Shown here: positions 50,385 through 63,501 of the stretch, in pieces | How positions within the stretch are numbered: the first letter of the stretch is position 1 | Layout of the letters: each line of letters begins with the position of its first letter | NCBI GenBank assembly: GCA_964016885.1 | Contig: OZ024743.1 | Span: forward strand, 283,650,001 to 283,714,000 | DNA: 64,000 nucleotides | Direction of reading: 5' to 3' | From: Eledone cirrhosa | Lineage: Eukaryota | Notes under the pieces: model-generated | What the model was told of the DNA's origin: nothing | Database searches by the model: none | The model's input: the letters and a program-made list of their open reading frames with translations, nothing else | Position numbers and translations under genes: made by a program

Positions 50385-50785
50385 TAAAGTGGTCGATTTG
50401 GTGTCGCAACAAAAAGCGCCCAGTCCACACAGTAATCTGGTCGTGTTGGTGCTATGACAAAAAGCACCCAGTCCACACGGTAATGTAGTCGTTTTGGTGC
50501 TGCGACAAAAATTGCCCAGTTCACACTGTAAATGGCTCATGTTGGTGACACAAAAAAACTGCCGTCAACACTGTAAAGTGATTGTTTTCGTGCTATGATA
50601 AAAGGCTCCCTGTCCATGCTGTAAATGTAGTTGGCATTAGAGGGGCATCCATCTGTAGAAGCCAAGCCAGAAACAGTTCTGTATGAACAAGACACAGTCA
50701 CCTGACTTGTCTCAAAAGGGGCAACTCGTCTAGCCCATGTTAGCATGGAAAAATGGACGTTAAATGTTGGTGATGATGATGATGA
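50385..50785 (+). mobile_element. RTE 3'UTR-derived element with internal 48-bp minisatellite and (GAT)n tail
   Basis: About 5 units starting at 50391, 50439, 50487, about 50535 and about 50580, then ttggcattagaggggcatcc and the tail. Confidence 0.82.
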
Positions 50786-51799
50786 GAGAATAATGTGTTG
50801 GCAGACTTGAAATATTTAGTTTCATCTTTCTATATAGTAAATCTAAATATTTCCAGACTTGACTTTACCTTTCATACCTCAGGGTTGAAGGAAACACCAG
50901 TAATAATTAGGATCAATTCATTCACATATACCCATTATATACAAAAATAACTGTTTTACCTAGTCTAACGTGGTCGTTATCATTGTGTAGTGTGTTATGA
51001 TGTAAAATGAATTTGTAAGATAAAACATCTAACTGCTTTCGATGTATTGCTTGAGAAAGACATGGCTGTCACTGTATCCCATTTAGAATCCTTTTTAAAA
51101 TCTTTAGTTATTACAGTTAACTTGAGATACGGCAGTGGGAGGTAACTCCTGTTGGGCAGGATAAACTTGTCCAAGTCTCAATCTTAATTTCTGGTTGGAA
51201 ATATGTTTACTTATATAAATAACCTTGGGAAAGGCATGAACACCATTCCGGTCCATTTAGTCTTCCTTGTATATTTAATGCTTTAACCATTTTTGTAAGA
51301 AACAACAACTAAAAATCTTTAACACTCATTTGATGTTTGTTTCTCTTTTAGTCAGTTTATTTTATAGGCTTTCCAACATAGAGCTAACCAATAGTTTGAG
51401 TTGCATATTAAATATGGCCCTTTGGTCTTACCTTTGGAAATGTTAGCTTAATTTCAGTATCTGAAATATAGTGGCCCCCAAAGGTCCATTTCCTTTTTTC
51501 TATTAAAAAAAAACTACTTGCTAGTATGTGCACAATATGTTACATCTGTTATATCATGGTGTGGCACAATACTTGTTTCAGCCTACCTAACTGATAACAG
51601 ATTTTACTCCTACTTCACAGCACATTGGTTAGCACTGAAATGGAGCTTAATGACAAGTTCATATATAAAATTAATTGCTCTCATAATTGGCATGAAAATA
51701 TCTAAATTTCAAAAACGATCTTTGCCGTTACCATGAAAAAATAGATGTAAAACTATCTTTTTTGTTATCGTTTTAATTTAATTTTAATTTTGTTTCTAG

Positions 51800-51959
51800 G
51801 GCTTGTATGACGGGAGCAGTTTGGAAACTCAACTGAAATTAGAAAGGCTTGTAGTCCGTGCAGTTCGTCCTTACTTGGGTGTAAGAGGTCTTTATGTAGG
51901 AGATACAGAACCAGTTGTTGAGGCCTCTTCAAATATTGCCATTCCACCCAAAGATACAG
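51800..51959 (+). CDS. PRR5: PRR5/Protor-like exon (GLYDGSSLETQLKLERLVVRAVRPYLGVRGLYVGDTEPVVEASSNIAIPPKDT)
   Basis: tctag acceptor, G|gtttgc donor, phase 0 to 1; matches LExLVxxxVxPYLGxxGL. Confidence 0.94.
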
Positions 51960-52236
51960 GTTTGCTAATTTTTACATTTGATCAAACAATTCCCTAAATG
52001 TTCTGATGTACATGATTTTATAACTATACAGGCTGTGTGTATCCCAGTTTTTAGAATAGATACACTGTATCCCTCCATGGCTTAAGAGGTGATTAAAAGA
52101 GTTAGTGTCAGTAATGGCATGCAGCTGTAAAACATTGTTTCAAAACATCCCAACCAACCCATGCCAGGAATAAAAAATGGACAGTGATATCTAAATGATA
52201 TTCAACTGACATCAGAACATTATTGTTATATCATTA

Positions 52237-52427
52237 GGCGGTGGATTGGCAGTATCGGTAGCGGGTCGGACGCCATGCTTTGAGGCATAGAGTTACGGCC
52301 CTTGCCATTCTGAGTTCAAATCCGGCCGGGGTTAACTTTGCCTTTCATCCTTACGGGGTCAATAAAATAAAGTGCCAGTAATGCACTGGGTAATTGCTGG
52401 CCTTGTGCCAAAAAGTAGAAACAATTA
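52237..52427 (+). mobile_element. tRNA-derived SINE, young, with 19-bp target-site duplication
   Basis: attattgttatatcattag at 52219-52237 and 52424-52442; intact A-box-like and B-box-like motifs. Confidence 0.92.
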
Positions 52428-55425
52428 TTGTTATATCATTAGAATCTTGAGTGTAATGATGTTCATATACTCTAGAGCTTACAGGAATTGTAACAGAACA
52501 GTGTTTATTCTCACAAGTGCTAAAGATTTATATAAAATGAGGTGATGAGGCTGAAATTATAGTATAGTGTTGTTCATACACCTGTACATAAAATGGCAAA
52601 GATTTGAATGCCTCCCCCAAAAATATATATATATATGTAAGGCTACATACAGTATTCCAAGTGCTGTGTGTCAAACATGTACGTATTTAGTATATCTTCG
52701 ATAAAAGAAAAAGATATATTAGTAGGACTAAAGTTATAAGTTGATTAAAATATATCTGTAAAGGAAAGTGAACTAAAAATGTAACATAAATAAAGAAACC
52801 TATTAGAAAGCAAGATATAAGCTTAAGTGTTCCACAATAAATCCCTGGATTCTAAATGTGTACACACAGAAATGGAAACCAAGTTAGGAACTCAGCTTAC
52901 TCAGAACATACTTTTATCTCTCAGTGCTTTACCCTTTCCTCACCATAATTCTAATGAAAGATACTACCTATGTGTTTCAATTCATTTTGAAAATAACTGT
53001 TTTTCATTAGTAAGCTAATATTTAGAACATTCTTCTTCTTTTTCTTTGTGTTCTTCCTTTTCTTTTTGTTCTTGTTTTTTTTTATTTTTCTCCTCCTGAT
53101 TCCTAGGAGGGTTGTGAGGGCAGAGTCCTCAAGCACGCCTTCCTGTGGGTTGTATCAGAAGCAACTAACTTCAATTGATCCGGGTAGCGAGACCAGCCAA
53201 GCTTATGGGCATTATCCAACCATCATGCCAGTTGGTTTTGTCCTAAAAATCCATCCTGTTATTTAGACATTCTAACCACATGTCCTTACTGACAAAAAAA
53301 AAAACATAAATTCAACTGTGTCAATCGGTCACACACCAAAAGGGACATCAGAAACTTTTGAGGCAAGCAAACATACTCGCAGCATTAGCGTGTGTGATGT
53401 CGAAGCTAAGGCGCTGAAACAACCAAGCATGTACTGATGTATTTGAGAATTCTTGCAGTTCTTCATACTTGTGTTATCTGTTTGTAATATGCCAATTATA
53501 TTTCAGAAAACATCACCCAATATAACCAAAAGTGTACTAATTACCTATTTATTTTATTTAAAGTATTTTTTTTATTAAATTTCCTTGAATTTTTAAAGTC
53601 ACTAATGTTATTTTCATTTTGTCACTTGAGTATTTTTTGGCAAAATTACTTACTTTTTGCATGACTTGTTTGTAAGTTTGTTGCTTTTTCAGAAACATTT
53701 AAATTTACACTTTCATATTTTTTCATTTAACATTGTATTGTGTATGTTTTTATGTCAGTTTTATTAATTATAACAAATAATTACACTTCACTATTTGTCT
53801 ATAAAAAAAATACACTATGTATGTGTGTGTGTATGTATGTATGTGTGTGTGTGTATATATATATAATGGAATTAACAGAATTTGTGGCACACATTGTTAG
53901 ATGCTTTTCAACATTTTCCTTCGTGGCCTTCCAATGCTTTATTCAAACCTCACCCAAGTTAATTATACCTTCAGTACTACTTATGTCAATAAAATTGGTT
54001 CCACTTCTATACTGGAGTGATTCAACTGGCACCTATATTTCCCTTAAAAATATTAGTTTGCTGCAATTAGTCAAAAAGTCTCTCTCTCTCTATGATCTTA
54101 ACCAACTAGAGTTGTGCAATCCACACTCCAATCAGTTAACGGTGATGCTAATAGAAGAAAGAGCTTGATGACATGTACTAATCCAAGTTCGTTTTGGTAG
54201 TACATGGCAGAGTATTTACACAGAATAGTTCATTTAGCAAACTCAGGCTATCAGATACGTGGAAATCACACCACGTAATTGTTGATCCCAGCAAAATATG
54301 TATAATAGCTGAATAAATTTATGCACAACTTCATTTACTGTTCTGTGTATATATATATATATATAATGTATATATATATGTGTGTGTGTATACATACATA
54401 CATACAATAAAAAATCTAATGCTAAACTCCCTGATGACATTTCTCCCATGCATCTCCTGCTGAACCAAATCATTATAACAAACATTGTACTTCAGGAAAC
54501 ACCACCAGTTTGCACATTTAATTTCCAGTGGATTATTTTTTAAATGCCCATCTAATTTGATTGTGGACTGGCAGAATGGCTAGAGTGGTGAGCAAAATTC
54601 CTTTTGGTATTTGTTCCGGTTCTTTTATGCATTGTAGTTCAAATCTTGTCACAGTCAATTTTAGCTTTTTACCTTTCAAATATTGATACTGTCTGTCCTT
54701 TTCCCTTATATTTAGATGCCTGTTCTTCTGTAAGAAATCAATGTGTGTGTGTCCAAATGCTGCTGAAGTCAACTTTACTGTTCATCTTTTCAAGGTTGAT
54801 AAATAAGTTCCAGTCTGGAGATAATGGATTGGTGAAATAGTTAGTCAGATGGGATGCTTTGCCATGTCTAATCAGGTTCTATGCATTCTGATTTCAAATT
54901 CTACCTCCTTCGGCCAGAAGTTGCCACCAGCAGATACTATCTGCTTGCAATAGAAGTGGCAACTCATTGCTGTAAAAACAGTCATTAGAAAAAGTTATGA
55001 AATCAAGGCTTCGTTTTAGCTTCAACATCCAAAGGGATTGGATGAAACACAAAGATGATGAGACATATGTATACATATATTCCATTAAAGATCATAGACT
55101 ATCTCTGTGTGATGTGAATGGTGTGAAACTTTGCTATCAATAATTTCTAGTTATCAGATGCAACAATGTATTGTCATGCACTACACACTTCTACTGCATG
55201 TATATATTGAGAATTCTTGTATTTTGTACTAAAATCAAACATACTGTATATATATATATATATTCACGCATGCATGTGCACACACACACATATATATACA
55301 CCCACACGCATATATATATATTCTGTTTGTTCATAGTGTTGTTTGTATAATAGGACAGGTAGTAGACTATTGCAAATGTGTTCAATGTTTTGTGTTTCTA
55401 TTTTCATGTTTTGTATCACTTGCAG

Positions 55426-55465
55426 ACGCATCGAAAATTCTACTAAATGCCCTAGTCCATGGCAG
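55426..55465 (+). CDS. Candidate downstream exon of the PRR5-like gene (DASKILLNALVHG-S if joined directly to 51959)
   Basis: ttgcag acceptor, CAG|gtaatg donor, open in the expected phase; no recognisable homology. Confidence 0.5.
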
Positions 55466-55965
55466 GTAATGTAACTAATTTCTATGTCACTGTTCCCATT
55501 GAACAAGTGCCAGTCTGTTTCTAGATCCCTTATATCATGAAGTTCATTTTTCCCCTACTAGTTTCTGTCTTAGTCTTTTTTCTTCTGTCTCATTTTTAGA
55601 AATTCTCTTTAGTTTCTCTTCTCTCTCTTGCTATTTGTTTATATATACATTTTTTTGTGCTTTCCTTCTCTCTCTATTTCTCTCTCATTCTCTTTTTGTC
55701 TTTTGCTGCTATTTAGCTTCTTTTAGCTGTGCATGAATACATTTTCTAGTCAATTTCTGTCATAGTCCAAAATTGTGCTTCAGTTTCAGTTGGAAGGAAC
55801 TACAACAGTACAACCCATCTCTTTAAGTAACATACTATACTTATCATAGTTGACTTTTTTTTTTATTAGATAAATAAGGTCTAAAAATCTAAAAATCTGT
55901 AGTTTTATATTTACCACAGGGCTAATCACTAATTTATCAGTATGATACACTGTAAGAATTTTAGG

Positions 55966-56070
55966 GAAGGCACCTGGCTTAGTGGTTAGAGAGTTAGATT
56001 CATATCATGAGGTTGTGAGTTTGATTCCGTGGGCCGGGTGATGCAATATGTCCTTGAGCAAGACTCTTTA
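55966..56070 (+). mobile_element. tRNA-headed SINE fragment of a different family
   Basis: tggcttagtggttag (A-box-like), gagtttgattcc (B-box-like), followed by gtccttgagcaagac. Confidence 0.6.
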
Positions 56071-56273
56071 ATTGCTCCTTCTGCCAGGAGTTATAACCGG
56101 TAGATAGTATCAAAAATTGGAAAGACCAATGTAAACCTTGTTTCCTTTAGCCAATCTGACAAGGTCCACACCACTCAGTAAGTGAATGAGGTCAGGGAAC
56201 TTGTTGATTCACATAGTGTCAATGTCAAGAATTTTAAATATGTATAATTTTATGTTTGTTTTTATTTTTTTAG

Positions 56274-56329
56274 TGTAGCCACAGCTCATCGAGGAATTGT
56301 ACCACGTTTCAGTATCCACTTAGAGATAG
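56274..56329 (+). CDS. Candidate downstream exon of the PRR5-like gene (VATAHRGIVPRFSIHLEI)
   Basis: Long T tract plus tag acceptor, G|gtagat donor; the frame depends on upstream splicing. Confidence 0.42.
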
Positions 56330-56676
56330 GTAGATTTGTCAAAACTTTAGTTAAAATAGGGGTGGGTTTTTAACATATCTATACTATGCCCCAACACCAT
56401 AGGTCAACTTGAAATTAGCAACACTGAAAGCTAACAATTGTTAATTGTATAATGCCTTTAAGAAAAGTATGAACTTTATAACTCTCTAATATATTCACTT
56501 CTGTACCCTACAAAAGAAACTAATTATTTATATAGTGCAACCTTCTATAGTGACAATGCAACAAATACCTCATCTTATTGGCCAGAAATGATTCTAGGAT
56601 GTTCTTCATTTTAATGGTAATAATGCTATCTGCAATAAAATTATTCCAAACTACATAGCGCTTAATGTCTGTACTG

Positions 56677-57816
56677 TCATCATCATCATCATCACCGTTT
56701 TACGTCCGTTCTTCCATGCTAGCATGGGTTAGACGGGTTGTCCTGTTGTGGGCAGTGTCTGGTCGGCTGACCATGCCTTGCTCATACGGGAACTGATTTG
56801 GCTTGCTTTCTACAGCTGGATGCCCTTCCTAACACAAACCTCATTTACAGTGAGTGCTGGGTGCTTTTTCGTGGCGCCTACACGTCCACTTTACAGTGTG
56901 GGCTGGGTGCTTTTTTTGCCGTGGCACCTCCACGGCCACCTTGCAATGGGGGGTGTGGAGGCATATTGTCTATATGCTTCAGCTTGTACCCATGGGAGGT
57001 TGGGTACTCTGTATTACTGCGTGACGCCAGAGGTCACAGTCGTGTCATCGCCTTTGCGAGGTGTAATTGGGTAAGGTCGGCTTTTATCACCTCATCCCAG
57101 GTCATCTTGGGTCTCCTCACTCCGCGGTTTCCATCGACTTCTTATGCTCTGCACCTTTTTATGCAGCTGTCATCCTTCATACGCATCACATGTTCATACC
57201 AACGCAACCGCCTCTCCTGCACACAGCATTTGATTCCTCTTATGCTCAGTCTCTCTCTCAATTCTTTTATGCTTTGTCGTTCACGTATATTACTATTACA
57301 CATCCATCGGAGCATGCAGGCTTCGTTTCTTCTAATCTACGTAAGTCTTCCACCTTCAGTGCCCAGGTCTCACTACCATGCAACATCGCTGTTCGGATAC
57401 ACGCATCATACAGTCTGCCTTTCATTTTGAGGGAGAAGCCTTTTGCAGCTAGCAGTGGTAGTAGTTCCCTAAACTTCTTCCATCCCGTTCTTACCCTAGT
57501 TATTGTACTTTCTGAACACCCACTTCCGCTGCTAATTCGGTCACCTAGGTAACAGAATCTGTCTACTGTTTCTACAGAGCCCTCCCAGAGATTGGTGGTA
57601 CTTGTTTCCTGTGGCTGTTTGCTGCTTGCTGTCCCAGCACAGCTGCTGCATGTTAAGCCTACATTCTTAATTAAGCTTCCTGATATCCCGCTACATCTCT
57701 TGTGTACTAATTGTTTGCATTTGAGGCAGAGAATGGAGTTCCTACCTACACCTTTCCTACATACTGAGCAAGGCTATTTCCCTGAGGGGATCTGGGTTCT
57801 GTTTTCTCGTCTGTAT
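56677..57816 (-). mobile_element. RTE LINE 3' portion, diverged subfamily, also carrying the PHD-type finger
   Basis: (cat)n tail at the left; the - strand encodes CSVCRKGVGRNSILCLKCKQLVHKRCSG...CSSC and later RTE motifs. Confidence 0.9.
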
Positions 57817-58129
57817 AGATCACATCTGTCTAATTTTGTTGGTGACTTTAGTAACATAGTACCTAATTAGATACTTTCAACTTCCTTCAGTTATATCATT
57901 ATTGGTTAGTCTTGTGTTTTTACATGGATATTTAACTTAATTTCTTTTTTTAACATAGATTTTTTTTGTTTTTCTTTTAGTTATTTTTGTAGTTTCCATA
58001 ACCTGCGTGTGTGACAGTGATATTTAAATTAATAGATTTATTTTTATAATTATTCAACATGCATAATTCCATTCATTTTTTTCATTTGGAATCTTCCTTG
58101 CCATTTGTTTAGCTTCATAACTCACTATC

Positions 58130-58450
58130 TTACTACCATTCATCACTGTAATAACCAAAAGTGCAGTGTGGGCAATAGTTAAATTTGTTCTAATATATGG
58201 CTCTGAGTGTTGGAAAGTGGTAAAAACAGACATGAATAAGATCAATACTTTCCACAATGGACAACTGAGGAAAATCATTTGCATATTCTAGCCCAACAAA
58301 TTAAGTAAGGAGCTATACTTCAAATTTGGATGCAACAGTGTGGTCCTTCAGATAAAATGTCTGCAACACAGGTGGTTAGGCTCCACACTCAGAATTGACG
58401 AGGACAGGTTATTAAAAGTAGCACCAAAATGGACACCAATTTTAAAGCAA
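58130..58450 (+). mobile_element. Decayed RTE-type LINE C-terminal fragment
   Basis: VKFVLIYGSECWKV...INTFHNGQLRKII motif. Confidence 0.6.
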
Positions 58451-58589
58451 TAGAGAGCTGAACAGATGTCCAGTTTGGATTTTGACATTTTCATGTCTTT
58501 GGAATATCTTCATGTTTTACAGAGGCTGTTAAATAATTTATTGTCAAAAGTGTTACAAAAACTATATTCCTTTCACCTCAAATACAATG

Positions 58590-61030
58590 TTTTTCTTTTT
58601 CCTTATATCAAACACCTAAAAAGCAATAGAAAAATTCAAAAAACTCAAAAAAGCCTTATTGCCAAACAAGATCACAAACATTCATCTAAAACACTAGAGC
58701 TTGAAGGAATTATTGCATGTACCAACATCTACAACTAATTGAACCAACATTGTCAAATTCCTAGAATTTGGATACTGGGCAAAATTATAATAATTTTAAA
58801 GCCCAACAAAAACTCAATTGAAATAATATCATACAGACCTATCATCCTACTATGCACAGCCTAAAAAATTCTAGAAAGGATAACTCTTGACATAACTGAC
58901 ACACACATCCCTAATTCAGACCACTACACTCAACCACCACACTCCTAACACAGGAAATAGGAAATAGCTTCAACAACAAAACACTTCCTTCTTGAACCAT
59001 TCTAACTATTATCATCATCAGCAAAGTTTACAACTATTCGGTTAAATATGGAATACACAAAACCAAATTCAGAAACAACACAAGATATTACTCAACATAA
59101 CCAAGCCTATGTAGTGTACAAAAACAACACTTCAGAACCTGCAATTTCCAAAATGGAGAATCACAGGGATCAATCCTCTTACCCTTTCCTTTCAACTTTT
59201 ACCTACATGTTCTTCCCACAAAGCTGCAAAACATACTGAGAACTTCATATATAGGTGACATCACACTCACATCCTCCCTCCATTCTTCAGACACTGCTGT
59301 ACTATTTCTCCAAATCTATTAAAATCACCTAGAAATCTGGTATCACAACAACAGACATAAAGACCTACAAAATCCATTATCTCACACTGAATAACATAAA
59401 TATTCCACATACACACAGAAGACAAAATACAAGGAGTTACACACACAGACAGCAAAATAACACACAAGTAATCACAGGTACTACATCTAAGCAACAGAAA
59501 AAAATAACAACTATAGTGTACATTAAATCCAGTATGGATAAAACCACTCCTACCTGGGCCCTCTGATCTCTCCACAACAAACCACAATATATACAGATAT
59601 ATCACGGTACTGAAATATGCAGATGACATCAAGCTGTACCTTGAAATCAAAAGGACTGATCCTGAAATCTATAACTCTTTCCTACAATCAGACCTGGACA
59701 CAATGCAACAATGGATCACAGACTGGCAACTGAAGCTGGCTGTGGACAAGTGTACCACCATGCATTTTGGGAGGAAAGATCCAGCGTCCACATACTCCCT
59801 CCACAACACTGATAACAAGAAGTCCTCTTGTGAATGTGACCTGGGCATTACTGTCAGCAGCGATTTGCATTGGACAAAGCACGTCTCTAAGATTGTCAAG
59901 AAGGCCGAGGGTGTCTTGGCATCCCTCAGCAAGACCTTTGTTAGCTGCTCTCCAGCCATCTATTTAAAGCTGTATACAGCTATGGTATGACCACACTTGG
60001 AATTCGCATCATCAGTCTGGAACCCCTATCTTGCTCAGAACATTGACCTCCTGGAAACTGTTCAGAGACATGCAACCAAGCGCATACCCTCCATCAGACA
60101 CCTACCATACTCTGAACGCCTTGCTTCCCTGGGCATGGATTCATTGAAGCTCTGACGTCTGGCAATGGACTTGGTAAACACCCACAACGTTATTAACCAT
60201 CTCGCCAACAACAACCCTGAGCACCTTTTTGATCTCCATGTGTCTAACACACGTGGACATGCCTACAAAATCAGAAAACAGCACAGCTCCCATGACTTTC
60301 GGAAACATTTTTTCACGCTCAGAGTTGCTGAAGCATGGAACAAACTACCTGCATCAGTTGTTAGCTGGCAAGACACTGCATCCTTTAAAACTCTCATGCT
60401 TCCCGAAATATGCCAAAACTACACCTGATGTACCCCTTCCATACATATGCACACATGTGTATATCATGACTCGTGCACTGTTCATTTTCCTGACGTTTAT
60501 ACATTACTCTATGTACTATACATACACTTTTTGATGAGTTGTAGTACACCTGAGCACTGTACACAATATTTCATTATTATTATTTTTATATATATATATA
60601 GAGCTCTACACATCATAACAGATTGTACACAGACTACTTACACATTGAAAAAAACATACTAAAAATGAAAGGCTTCCTGGACATTTTCCCGGCAGTTTGT
60701 TACAGCAGCAAGCATCAAACCCCACTACATGAAATGGACACTTATAAACAACCAAAGCATTACTACAACAACATCCTAAAGCCAATATCTATTCCACTCA
60801 CCCTAGACAAACATAAGGAACGTTAACACACAGAAATAACTGCAGCATCAATAGCCTCACTGACTCCAGACTGAGATACACACCACTAATAAAAAGTGCA
60901 GAGGGACAACAAATTTCATGCTCTGACTGAGACCATGTTACCTGCTGTTGTTGTGACCATTGCCAGAATTTATAAACAACAAGAATAAACTTTACTTGGA
61001 GAGTAAACAATGATTCCAGACTGCCATGGT
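58590..61030 (+). mobile_element. Old A/C-rich LINE remnant, apparently split by the CR1-like insertion at 59601-60585
   Basis: SYRPIILLCTA*KILERI near 58830 and a YIGDITL (YADD-like) remnant near 59250; similar base composition resumes after 60600. Confidence 0.5.
59601..60585 (+). mobile_element. CR1-group LINE family 2, 5'-truncated, stops at about 59988 and 60153
   Basis: Inverted, closely similar copy of 41293-42400; (att)n tail followed by (ta)n. Confidence 0.92.
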
Positions 61031-61599
61031 TCACCCCTGTGCTCCATATAATTCACCACTACATGCTATAGTGTGCAGTATGCTCCTCAGCTCCATGGAG
61101 TCATGGAGTCATGGTATAACTGGGGAGATTGATTTGTGGCTTATACTTCATTGTTAAGCCAAGTACCTGTCATACTATATGCCAGCTTGATCAGGACATA
61201 CCTGAGGCTAGATGACAATAACAACTTTCTAGCAAGTATGACAATGCTCAGAGAAACTGCTGGTAAAAGAGGATTGGGAAGACCCTGAAGAGAATAGTTG
61301 AGCAACACCAAGGAATGGGCAAGGAGGGAAATGGTAGAACATATAAAGTAGAGAGAGGGAGTTGTATCATTTGTTACACACTATTGGCTTCTCTAGGTTA
61401 TAGATTTTCATTTATTGTTGTAATGATGTTTACATTTGTTTCATGACTTATTAATGACTTATTAAACATTCTTGAGTCCAAAAATAAATAAAATCATAGG
61501 AATATATCTGTATTGCTTACACTCCAATAACAACCCCTCTCACCCTGCCAAATCACAAAGGTTATGGAGACAGTCATTAACAAAAACATTCTCTAACAT

Positions 61600-62160
61600 C
61601 TTTTGTAAAGCCAAGTCCCCTGATGACCTCCATTTCTATTTCACTCACCAGTAAACTATCACCCTGGAGAAATCTGTTAAAAATGATGTTACCCTCAACA
61701 TCAACAAAACCTTCAACCATGTCTGGTATTGAATATCTCCTGTTAAACCTGCTTGTGTAAGGGCTTTATCTGTCTCATCTCTTGGATTGGTAGCTTTTAT
61801 CTGATCCCACTACTACAACATACTAACTGCTTTCTTTGATCAACCCTCTATCAATTCCAATGTGCATCAGAGATTTATTTTGTTGAACACATTCTTACTT
61901 CAATATGTGAATGACTTTCTTTCCATCACATCCAATAGCACTCACTCTTATGCAGATGATACCACCCTCTGTTTTTCCATAACCTTCCCTAACTGTCATC
62001 CACAAGCAACTGGAACACTGAACACCAAGTCTGCACTGACTCTATAAACAAGAATCTTGAAAGCTTCCTCTAATGGTGACATGCTAACATTGTCTGTTTG
62101 GAGAGCAAAAAGCACAAGCTCAGCTCATATCAAGAAAACATCATTGTACCTTACCTCCCT
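61600..62160 (+). mobile_element. Decayed LINE RT fragment
   Basis: QYVNDFL...HSYADDTTL in ORF 61862-62047. Confidence 0.6.
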
Positions 62161-62833
62161 TAAGCATGAAGAGAATGCAATAGATTAAAGAGGGCTTGCA
62201 AGGGCCATGGACACTGTCCAATCCTCCAGAGATAGCAAGTAAAATACACAAACACACACGTCATCATTATTTTGTTGCTGCTTTTTTTTTCATACAGGCA
62301 TAAATTGGTTATGTCATTAGAGTCTAAGTCACAACTTATTTGGAGTTAAAGCCCTCCTCCTAAATAGGTTAGGGAACATGTCTCACATATCTGACATGGT
62401 TTTTACCCTTAAATGAACCTTACCCTACCCCTTGTTTTTTTTTCCAGCTTCTTCTCTCTGCTAACTCCACTCAGATTTCTTCTCTAATGAACAACTAATG
62501 TCCAATACATTGAAGACATGCCTTTTTCAATTTTATACAAGTGTGAATCTAATAATACTTTTTGTAATTGTTCTGCATGTTTGTTTTCTTCTTTAACCTT
62601 GCACTATATATATATGCATGTGGAGGGAGGTTATTCTGGAAAAGACCTGTCCAACCCATATAAGCATGGAAAATGGACCTAAAAAGGATAATGATGATAT
62701 AAAGTGTTTGTGGTACGGAGACCACGAAGACCATAAATCAGAGTAGGGAGTTGGTATAGTAATTAGTAAAGTCCCAATGGAGGCCCAATTCATTGACATT
62801 TTACTAATTACTATATGTGTGTATGTATGTATG

Positions 62834-62872
<39 letters not shown>

Positions 62873-62873
<1 letters not shown>

Positions 62874-63501
62874 CATCATCATCATCATTTTAACATCTTT
62901 TTTCCCAGCTAGCAAGGGTTGGACAGTTCTACATAGACTGTCAGTACTGAAGCAGAGCCACTGATCTCCTAAGCAGGCCAGGGATTTGTGACTCGCTTTA
63001 TGTACAGTCGACACTCCACTGAGTGCACAGGAGAAGTTGTCATGTCTTTGACACAACTGAAGGTCCTCCTGACGCTTTTGGCAAGCTTTCTATGGCTGGA
63101 TGCTCTTCCTATCACCAACCACTTTACAACATGTACTGGGAGCGTTTATCATCATTGTAGATCACCAAATACTAGGGAGGCTGTCATGTCATTGACATGA
63201 CTGATTGGTCCTCCCAACCCTTTGTTTGTTTAGCCCTCTATTGCTGAATGCCCTTGCCATCACCAACTGCTTCACAGGAGAGGATGACAGCTGCTAGGAA
63301 TGGGAGGGGCATCTACTTTACAGAGTGTACTGGATGTACATTACCTCTGGTCTGTCTGAAGAGGTTTCATAATAAAATGTACCTGGTACACTGGTGCCTT
63401 GGGAGTGTGTGCACACACATATGAGATACAGGCCCCGAGGCCTGTTTGTGATGATCCTCCCAACCCTTACTAACAGGGAAAATGGACGTTAAATGATGAT
63501 G
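62873..63501. mobile_element. Cluster of RTE 3'UTR-derived fragments, both orientations
   Basis: (atc)n tail at 62873, ggctggatgctcttcct...ccaaccactttaca, and ggacgttaaatgatgatg at about 63485-63501. Confidence 0.6.
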
